DNA from: an uncultured Bacteroidales bacterium | GTDB taxonomy: Bacteria; Bacteroidota; Bacteroidia; Bacteroidales; GCA-2748055 | Length of the DNA stretch: 64,000 nt | Reading direction: 5' to 3' | NCBI GenBank assembly: GCA_963732905.1 | Contig: CAVTBM010000011.1 | Location: 12,686 to 76,685 of the forward strand | Shown: one piece after another, positions 18,104-25,039 of the stretch | Layout of the letters: every line of letters begins with the position of its first letter | How positions within the stretch are numbered: position 1 is the stretch's first letter | Translations under genes and position numbers: made by a program | The notes under the pieces: generated by a model | Told to the model about the DNA's origin: nothing | Databases searched by the model: none | The model's input: only the letters and a program-made list of their open reading frames with translations

Positions 18104-19003
18104 ATGATCAACATGAAAAACCAAACGCCTGAATACGAGTATTTCTTAAAGGACCATCCCGGTAATACACGTGTTGTGCTGAATACAGAAGCACAATTTG
18201 TAGAACAACACGATTATTACCCGTTTGGTATGGAGTTCGCCGGACGACAGGGTGGAGATATCAAGTATCGGTATAACGGAAAGGAAATGCAGGATATGAA
18301 AATCGGGGGGAGAGGGTTGGATTGGTACGATTACGGATTTAGATTTTACGACCCGGCTTTAGGTCGGTTCCCAAGCCTGGATCCAAAAGCAGATGAGTTT
18401 GAAAATCTCTCTCCATACAACTATGCCAGTAACAATCCGGTAACATGTATTGATCTATGGGGAATACAAGGCCGGCCAGTAAATAAAGTTCGAGATCAGA
18501 AGGGAAATATTACAGCTGCTACAACCAGTGCTCAACAGTCAACGTATATTTCTACAATGGAGCCAAAAACTATTAGTAATAACTCAATTGAATTTAAACC
18601 GACAAATGAGTCTATATATCAGAGTGCAAATTGGTGGGAACTTACAACTGCTCCAGATATACAAGAATGGTTAAAAGTTGACAAAGTTCCATCGGCTGTA
18701 GCTGTAGGAGGACTTATAACTGTTCTAAGCGCAGCTGTTCCAGAAGTCATTTCAGGTATAACAGATTTCGGTTCTAATGTCACTTTAAATATTTCTACAT
18801 CAATTGAATCTTCAACAACAATTGCAGTCGGAACTGGTGTGGTAGTGGGTGCTGCTAAAACATTAACTGATGCCCCACCTGATACGCCTGAAATACCTAA
18901 CCCGGTAATAGAGGTTTCTTCAGAAATGACTGAATATATTATTCAATCTACACACGAGTTTATGAAAAATATTCAAAATTCAAATGATAAAAAGTCTAAA
19001 TAG
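18104..19003 (+). CDS. Orphan Rhs/YD C-terminal tip 3 (intact ORF) with a Gly/Ala/Val-rich hydrophobic C-terminal domain
   Basis: MINMKNQTPEYEYFLKDHPGNTRVVLN...YYPFGMEF...GLDWYDYGFRFYDPALGRFPSLDPKADEFENLSPYNYASNNPVTCIDLWGIQG. The tail contains VPSAVAVGGLITVLSAAVPEVISG and TTIAVGTGVVVGAAKTL. Confidence 0.8.
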   Translation: MINMKNQTPEYEYFLKDHPGNTRVVLNTEAQFVEQHDYYPFGMEFAGRQGGDIKYRYNGKEMQDMKIGGRGLDWYDYGFRFYDPALGRFPSLDPKADEFENLSPYNYASNNPVTCIDLWGIQGRPVNKVRDQKGNITAATTSAQQSTYISTMEPKTISNNSIEFKPTNESIYQSANWWELTTAPDIQEWLKVDKVPSAVAVGGLITVLSAAVPEVISGITDFGSNVTLNISTSIESSTTIAVGTGVVVGAAKTLTDAPPDTPEIPNPVIEVSSEMTEYIIQSTHEFMKNIQNSNDKKSK

Positions 19004-19047
19004 AGTTAGAAATAAATTTGTATTTTTAATTCATCAACTCATAATTT

Positions 19048-19269
19048 ATGTGTTTTTTGGATAAAAAAAGGCTTAAATATATCTATTTTTATTTTATGAT
19101 TCTTTGTTTTCAAATTATATTGGTGAGAATATTTGGTGAACCTGATTTATTAAAAACACCAAGCTCATCACAAACTTGGGGAGAAAGTATTAATGATTTT
19201 CCAATATATATGATAACATCGTTATTCTTAACGTTAATATTCTATTTTTTTGATCGCTTCTCTAAATAA
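19048..19269 (+). CDS. Immunity-like 2-TM membrane protein
   Basis: YIYFYFMILCFQIILVRIF and FPIYMITSLFLTLIFYFF helices. AT-rich. 44 nt after the tip 3 stop. Confidence 0.5.
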   Translation: MCFLDKKRLKYIYFYFMILCFQIILVRIFGEPDLLKTPSSSQTWGESINDFPIYMITSLFLTLIFYFFDRFSK

Positions 19270-19284
19270 TAATTACAATGCAAT

Positions 19285-19728
19285 ATGACAAACTTTAGGA
19301 ATATTCGAAATTTAAATATTGTATTTTCATTTATTCTTATAGTTATGTATTTTCGTTCATTACGATATTTAATAATGATTATAACTCATTATAATGTATT
19401 TTTTAAGAGAAGTTACTTTCAAATATTGTTCCTTTCACCTAGATTAGTTGTGTTTATTAATACTTTTAATATAATTATTGGAGTATGTATATTAATAAAT
19501 GCTTTTGCTCTATTAAATAAAATGCAAAAAAGTATAATATTTATTAAAATATTACTTCCAATAAGTGCTATACTAAATTTACCATTTTTCTATAAAAATA
19601 TAATAGACTATGAGGATAATTTACATAAATATGTTAGCCTTGGAATTACAATGTTGATTTATATAATTTATTTAACCACATATCTTTTTTACAATAGTCG
19701 TAAAATCAAGCTTTTATTTACGAATTAA
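19285..19728 (+). CDS. Immunity-like polytopic membrane protein (about 4 TM)
   Basis: Four hydrophobic segments, e.g. NIVFSFILIVMYF, VVFINTFNIIIGVCILINAFALL, VSLGITMLIYIIYLTTYLF. AT-rich. Confidence 0.5.
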   Translation: MTNFRNIRNLNIVFSFILIVMYFRSLRYLIMIITHYNVFFKRSYFQILFLSPRLVVFINTFNIIIGVCILINAFALLNKMQKSIIFIKILLPISAILNLPFFYKNIIDYEDNLHKYVSLGITMLIYIIYLTTYLFYNSRKIKLLFTN

Positions 19729-19750
19729 CATATAATACAAAAAGGATGTA

Positions 19751-20222
19751 AACTGGTACGATTACGGGGCACGGTTCTATGATCCACGCCTAGGTAGGTG
19801 GCATGTTATTGTTCCGGCCACTGAGGCCAATCACTTTGAATGATATCGTTCATATGCCAGGCCTTAAACACATGAGCTCATCACAAAAATTCGATTCTAT
19901 ATTGTAAAAACCTGAATTCCTCACGCTGATTTTTTGCTCTTTTTCCCATTAATTGGTGAAGCATTCCCGGACAGTTACTTCGTAGTTGCTTTCTAAAGTT
20001 ATAATAAACTAGTGCGAAATCTTGAATGCACCCTGATTGTGCGGCAGATATCCGGGCCGGGTCGATTACTGATAGCCGAAGAATTACAATCTCCGGCAGG
20101 TTCAATATATGGGAGGGCATAAGTATGTGAGTTCTACGGAGCGGTATCAGCTCAATAACCTGGGTAAGGTACAGAGCAAATTGGAGAAATATCATCCATT
20201 GTCACATAATAGTCGCAAATAA
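19751..20222 (+). pseudogene. Rhs junction stub plus tyrosine recombinase 3' remnant, copy 3
   Basis: [30 protein letters not shown] (to 19843), then ...KNYNLRQVQYMGGHKYVSSTERYQLNNLGKVQSKLEKYHPLSHNSRK* ending at TAA 20220-20222. The frame is closed upstream by TAG in ACTGATAGCCGAAG. Confidence 0.75.
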
Positions 20223-20262
20223 GTTACCCTAATTGGTAACTTTGAATTAAATTTGTACTTGT

Positions 20263-20574
20263 ATGAGAATAATAAAAGAGAAAACTCTCATTGAATATTG
20301 CCGGAAGAGTAAATACAAGAAGGCGGAGGAATCCTTGAAATCCTGGGTTTATGAGGTAAAATACTCTACCTGGAATAATGTGAATCAGCTGAAACTGAAA
20401 TATAGAAATGCCAGCGTAATAAGTTCAAAAAGAGTAGTTTTCAATATCAAAGGCAATGATTACAGGTTAATCGTAGATATCGAATACAAACTAAAAATAA
20501 TTTTCATTGTCTGGTTTGGGACACATGAGGAATATGTTAGGATAGATGCAAAAACAATAAGATATGAATATTAA
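20263..20574 (+). CDS. higB: HigB-family type II toxin (mRNA interferase)
   Basis: 103 aa. LKSWVYEVKYSTWNNVNQLKLKYRNASVISSKRVVFNIKGNDYRLIVDIEY...FIVWFGTHEEY is the HigB_toxin pattern. Confidence 0.8.
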   Translation: MRIIKEKTLIEYCRKSKYKKAEESLKSWVYEVKYSTWNNVNQLKLKYRNASVISSKRVVFNIKGNDYRLIVDIEYKLKIIFIVWFGTHEEYVRIDAKTIRYEY

Positions 20575-21001
20575 AATATTGAAAACAGAAGAGGAATATA
20601 ACACAGCCTGTGAAAGAATTTATGAGCTGATACATAGTACAGAACAGTCTATTGAGCCTGATAGTCCAAAGGGAGAAGAACTGGAACTTTTGTCCTTACT
20701 TGTAGAAAAATATGAGCAGGAACATAATTATATGGATGCACCGGACCCGGTGGAAGCTATAAAGTTCAGAATGGAACAGATGAATTTAAAGCAAAAGGAT
20801 GTTGCTCCATTATTTGGAGGAAAGACACGAGTGTCAGAAGTCCTTCATGGGAAAAGAGCATTAACGCTTAAGATGATTACTTTATTAAACCGATATCTTG
20901 GCATCCCCCTGGATTCATTAATTAGTGGGAATAAGGACATAAAACTTGAAGCTGAAAATAAAGAGAAGTTACTAAAATATCATCCATCCAGGATTACCTG
21001 A
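20564..21001 (+). CDS. higA: HigA-family HTH antitoxin
   Basis: 11-nt overlap with higB. EEYNTACERIYELI...PDPVEAIKFRMEQMNLKQKDVAPLFGGKTRVSEVLHGKRALTLKMI (Xre-type HTH). Confidence 0.8.
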   Translation: MNIKILKTEEEYNTACERIYELIHSTEQSIEPDSPKGEELELLSLLVEKYEQEHNYMDAPDPVEAIKFRMEQMNLKQKDVAPLFGGKTRVSEVLHGKRALTLKMITLLNRYLGIPLDSLISGNKDIKLEAENKEKLLKYHPSRIT

Positions 21002-21062
21002 AAAGATCTAGGGCCACAATGATTTAAAAATCCACCACTACCCCACTCCCAATCCTTCTGAA

Positions 21063-21133
21063 GCAGTATTTTGGTGTGGCTTTTGCTATGCTCGACGCCA
21101 TCTGCAACTGTAATAGCCACACCAAAATACTGC
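21063..21133. repeat. Cassette-end palindrome, perfect 19-bp arms (fourth, partial module 21031-21140)
   Basis: GCAGTATTTTGGTGTGGCT (21063-21081) is the exact reverse complement of AGCCACACCAAAATACTGC (21115-21133). It is preceded by the leader variant TCCACCACTACCCCACTCCCAATCCTTCTGAA. Confidence 0.85.
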
Positions 21134-21198
21134 ATCACCAGTCTATGTTAACATAATATAAACAGCTGTAATCCTAAAAAGCTTATCTTTGTGTTACT

Positions 21199-21483
21199 AT
21201 GGATCGCAATGAAATAAATACACGGATCATTAAATACCTTAAGCCCTTCGAACCCGAAAAAATTGGCATATTCGGATCTTATGCCAAAATGGAGGAAAAA
21301 CCGGGAAGTGATATTGATATCCTGGTAAAGTTTAAGAAAACCATAACATTGCTTCAGCTTGCCCAAATTCACAGAGAACTTTCTCAAATCCTGGGGAAAA
21401 AAGTTGATTTGGTCACAGAGCCATCCCTAAAAAATGAACGGCTCCGAAAATATATTTACTCTGATCTTAAGATCATCTTTTAA
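21199..21483 (+). CDS. mntA: MNT-type nucleotidyltransferase antitoxin
   Basis: IGIFGSYAKMEEKPGSDIDILV is the minimal nucleotidyltransferase GS...DxD motif. TAATG overlap with the HEPN gene. TATCTTTG -7 box at 21186-21193. Confidence 0.8.
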   Translation: MDRNEINTRIIKYLKPFEPEKIGIFGSYAKMEEKPGSDIDILVKFKKTITLLQLAQIHRELSQILGKKVDLVTEPSLKNERLRKYIYSDLKIIF

Positions 21484-21818
21484 TGAAAGACGACCGGATT
21501 TACATTGACCATATACAGCAAAGTATCGAGAGAATTGAATCTTATTTATCCGGGAAAGATCATGATTCATTTTCTGATGACTATTTAACACAGGATGCAG
21601 TCGTAAGACAATTGGAAATAATTGGAGAAGCGACTAAAAGGATTTCAATGGAATTCAAAAGAGAGAATCCCCAGGTACCCTGGCTTGATATGGCTGGGAT
21701 GAGGGATGTGCTTATTCATGGTTAGATTGATGTGGATCTGGATATCATATGGAAAACCGTTTCGGAAAGCATCCCTGTCCTAAAACTGCTGCTCAAAAAC
21801 CTGAAGTATATAGGTTAA
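21483..21818 (+). pseudogene. hepT: HepT/DUF86 HEPN toxin with a premature TAG
   Basis: RQLEIIGEATKRIS...MRDVLIHG then TAG (21723-21725) where Tyr is expected. The same frame continues IDVDLDIIWKTVSESIPVLKLLLKNL to TAA 21816-21818. Confidence 0.7.
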
Positions 21819-22014
21819 ATTTTATCTGGTATGATGATAAGAACCAGAATCCAGGATATTGAAATCTCCCAAAAAAAGGAATGGCCTGTGAATAAGGGAA
21901 TATCCGCTGAGGAAACAATTCTTCTCCCTGCTGAACGGGGGCATGGAAAAGGCCGGTGACAGAGGAATGGTTTTCATAGCACTTATCTTTTAAGGTTGGG
22001 GTTGAAAAACGGCC

Positions 22015-22812
22015 TCACAAATACCTCTTCACAATATCCCTCCTCGAAAACGGCGCCGTCAAAAACCGTTTCATCACCTTTGCCTTCGTCAGCCAGGCGA
22101 TCTTCGCGCCGTTCTTACTGTTATCGATCATCTTTTCAACCAGCCAGGGAGCGACGGTTTCCGGCTCTTCAGCCAGGATATTATAAATACGTATTGCATC
22201 TCTGTTCTTTTCCGGATCCTTTTTGACGGGTTCAAGCAACAAGTCGGTAAGGACCATGCCCGGACTGATGGTTCCTACGATCACCGGACCCCCCTCCACC
22301 TCTTTTGCGAAGGCATCTGTGAAATACCGGACAGCCCTTTTTGTCGTGCCATAGGGGATCAGCCCCGGGACAGTCCTGCCGTCGCTGCCAAGACCTTCCA
22401 TATTGTAAATGGCACCCTGACCCTGTTCCAGCATCCGGTTATAAACAAAATGCGTCGCCAGCATCAGCCCTGTCAGGTTGGTATCGATAATCCGCATTAT
22501 CTTCTCCCGGGAAATTTCGTTGAATGGCAACCTGTCACTGGTCGTCCCGGCATTGTTCACCCAGATACCGACCTTCCCGAATTTCCTGATAGCTTCCGTC
22601 CATAGGTTTTCCAGATCTTCCTCACGGGACACGTCACATTTCATGGCAAGGTACTTCTCATCCGAGAACCTGCCCATGATCTCCTTTCGTGAGTTTTCAA
22701 CAGACATTTCGGTGGTTCCGCACCAGACCACCTTCCATCCCCTGATGAGAAACGCTCTCACCATGCCGGCACCGATTCCCCGGGTACCCCCTGTAATAAC
22801 TGCTATTTTCAT
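22015..22812 (-). CDS. Short-chain dehydrogenase/reductase (SDR)
   Basis: MKIAVITGGTRGIGAG (TGxxxGxG) and PYGTTKRAV (YxxxK). The start is taken at ATG 22812 rather than the listed 22872. Confidence 0.8.
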   Translation of the reverse strand: MKIAVITGGTRGIGAGMVRAFLIRGWKVVWCGTTEMSVENSRKEIMGRFSDEKYLAMKCDVSREEDLENLWTEAIRKFGKVGIWVNNAGTTSDRLPFNEISREKIMRIIDTNLTGLMLATHFVYNRMLEQGQGAIYNMEGLGSDGRTVPGLIPYGTTKRAVRYFTDAFAKEVEGGPVIVGTISPGMVLTDLLLEPVKKDPEKNRDAIRIYNILAEEPETVAPWLVEKMIDNSKNGAKIAWLTKAKVMKRFLTAPFSRRDIVKRYL

Positions 22813-22997
22813 ATTTTTAAAATTGTTGTCAGTATGGACAGGCTGCAACCAGTCCATACAGACAAAGACCATTGTAAAATTAATAAATTTCGCACTAGTG
22901 ACCGTTCACAACCGGCTACAACAAATTGCCCTTCATCATTTATTTTAATATCTTGTGTTCGGACGGATCGAAACCTGTCCCTCAAACAAGTTAAGCC

Positions 22998-24854
22998 ATG
23001 ATGCATATTAAGAAACAACAGCTGATCCCGGTTTTCGTTCTGATCTCATTGACTGTTTCTGCACAGCAGTGGAAACCGGTTGGCGATAAAATGATGACCC
23101 GCTGGTCCGCACAGGTCAATCCCCAAAATGCCTGGCAGGAATACCCACGTCCCCAGATGGAAAGAGCCGACTGGCTAAATCTTAACGGATTATGGGATTA
23201 CGCCGTCCAGCCAGGTAACATGCCGGCGCCAAAAAAATTCCAGGGGAAGATCCTGGTACCGTTCTGCATTGAATCAGCCCTTTCCGGAGTGGGAATATCT
23301 TTTATGCCGGGTGAGCGGCTCTGGTATAAAAGAGAATTCAGCCTTCCGGCAGGCTGGGCATCAAAAAAGATCATCCTTCACTTTGAAGCCGTCGACTGGT
23401 CAGCCATGGTTTGGGTGAACGGCGCTTTTGCCGGTTCCCATAAAGGATGTTACGATGCTTTCTCATTTGACATTACACCCTATTACAAACCGGGACAGAA
23501 ACAGGTAATTCTTGTTGCTGTCGACGATCCGACCAGTGACGGAAGTCAGCCCAGAGGAAAACAACTCCTCCATCCGAACAGTATCTGGTATTCCCCGGTG
23601 AGCGGGATATGGCAAACCGTGTGGATGGAAGCCGTCCCGAAGGAAACTTTTATCGAAGATCTGGATATCGTTTCCGATCCCGGGAAATCCATCGTGACAA
23701 TCCTTCCATTATTACATCAGCCACATAACTTTGATTACAAGGTACTGATCAGGGTCCTGGCCGGAAATTCTGAAATCGTTTCAGATACCGTACCGGGTGA
23801 TCATACCGCCGAACTGAAAATTGATCACCCTGAACTTTGGTCGCCCGGCCATCCTTTCCTGTATGATCTGGATCTTCAGCTGATCAATCCTGAAGGGCAG
23901 ATTATTGACAGGGTGAAGAGCTATTTCGGGATGAGAAAGATCAGTATGGGTGACTATGACGGCAACATGGTGCTGTTACTGAACGACAAACCTTTATTTC
24001 AATACGGCCCGCTCGACCAGGGATGGTGGCCCGACGGCCTGTATACCCCACCTGATGAAGAGGCCATGAAGTATGATCTTCAGATGACGAAAAACATGGG
24101 ATTCAATATGATCCGTAAACATGTCAAGGTTGAAAATAAACGCTGGTATTACTGGTGTGATAAGATGGGCATCCTGGTTTGGCAGGATATGCCTTCGGGG
24201 ATGGTTGTCATGGATGTTGAAAACAAGGATCGTCCCCTTGAAGTTGAACGGGTCAGGCCCGGAGGAGAGGATCTCAACAGGGCACCCACAGAAACCACAC
24301 AGTTTGAAACCGAGCTCAGGCGGATGATCCTTCAGCACCGGAATTCACCGGCCATCGTCGTCTGGGTCCCGTTCAACGAAGGCTGGGGCCAGTATGCCAC
24401 CTGCCGGATTACAGGCATGATAAAAGCGCTGGATCCCACCCGACTTGTCGATCCTGCCAGTGGTTGGGAACGGCACGTCTGCGGAGATCTTTATGATATT
24501 CACACTTACGGCACCACGGTGGACATTCCTCCATTATGCACCGACCGGGCCTCGGTTATAGGCGAATACGGAGGGATAGGTTTTCCCGTCGAAGGGCACT
24601 TGTATAATCCGGATATGAAACACTGGGGCTACCAGACCTACCCTTCCCCGGAAGAATTGCTGGAACATTACAAAGCAAAATTTGAACAGATCGTGGAAAT
24701 GAAGAAAACGAAAGGGCTTTCCGCTGCCGTTTACACGCAGACTACCGACGTGGAAGGGGAAATAAACGGGCTGATGACCTATGACCGGGCAGTGGTCAAG
24801 ATGCCGGCCGATACGTTGATGCGGCTTCATTCGGTGCTGTATTTGGGGAAGTGA
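22998..24854 (+). CDS. Secreted glycoside hydrolase family 2-like enzyme
   Basis: Signal peptide. Sugar-binding-like N-terminus (WQEYPRPQMERADWLNLNGLWDY), TIM-barrel motifs NMIRKHVKVENKRWYYWCDKMGILVWQDMP and WVPFNEGWGQ. Confidence 0.7.
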   Translation: MMHIKKQQLIPVFVLISLTVSAQQWKPVGDKMMTRWSAQVNPQNAWQEYPRPQMERADWLNLNGLWDYAVQPGNMPAPKKFQGKILVPFCIESALSGVGISFMPGERLWYKREFSLPAGWASKKIILHFEAVDWSAMVWVNGAFAGSHKGCYDAFSFDITPYYKPGQKQVILVAVDDPTSDGSQPRGKQLLHPNSIWYSPVSGIWQTVWMEAVPKETFIEDLDIVSDPGKSIVTILPLLHQPHNFDYKVLIRVLAGNSEIVSDTVPGDHTAELKIDHPELWSPGHPFLYDLDLQLINPEGQIIDRVKSYFGMRKISMGDYDGNMVLLLNDKPLFQYGPLDQGWWPDGLYTPPDEEAMKYDLQMTKNMGFNMIRKHVKVENKRWYYWCDKMGILVWQDMPSGMVVMDVENKDRPLEVERVRPGGEDLNRAPTETTQFETELRRMILQHRNSPAIVVWVPFNEGWGQYATCRITGMIKALDPTRLVDPASGWERHVCGDLYDIHTYGTTVDIPPLCTDRASVIGEYGGIGFPVEGHLYNPDMKHWGYQTYPSPEELLEHYKAKFEQIVEMKKTKGLSAAVYTQTTDVEGEINGLMTYDRAVVKMPADTLMRLHSVLYLGK

Positions 24855-25000
24855 GGAGGTGAGGAAGTTATGAGGTTATGAGGTTATGAGGTTATGAGGT
24901 TATGAGGTTATGAGGTTATGAGGTTATGAGGTTATGAGGTTATGAGGTTATGAGGTTATGAGGTTATGAGGTATATGAAGTTATGAGGTTATGAAGTTGG
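24851..25000. repeat. 8-bp microsatellite (GAGGTTAT)n, 12 perfect units plus degenerate flanks
   Basis: Perfect units span 24872-24967. Degenerate units (GAGGAGGT, GAGGAAGTTAT, GAGGTATAT, GAAGTTAT, GAAGTTGG) lie on both sides. The repeat begins at the GH2 stop codon (TGA 24852-24854). Confidence 0.95.
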
Positions 25001-25039
25001 AAGACAGGAAAGAAGGAAACCGGAAAACCGAACGTAGAT

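Larger units (their letters stand above)
17668..18360 (+). repeat. Restart module copy 3
   Basis: Leader TCCACCCTCCCCGCCTCCAACCCTTCTGC, palindrome, promoter-like box, hairpin and an intact ATG-initiated RHS core end. Confidence 0.85.

Noticed and set aside
9294-19003. Diversity-generating retroelement (template/variable repeat) as the explanation for the similar tip segments
   Set aside because: There is no reverse transcriptase in the window. The differences between the copies are not adenine-specific, and similarity ends at sharp breakpoints typical of recombination.
7107-21725. In-frame TAG codons (ORF6N 7107, HepT 21723) as a sign of stop-codon reassignment or readthrough
   Set aside because: TAG is used as a normal terminator nearby, for example the tip 3 stop at 19001-19003. 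The affected genes sit among other clearly decayed genes, and one TGA nonsense codon (8087) occurs in the same island. Ordinary pseudogenisation is the simpler reading.
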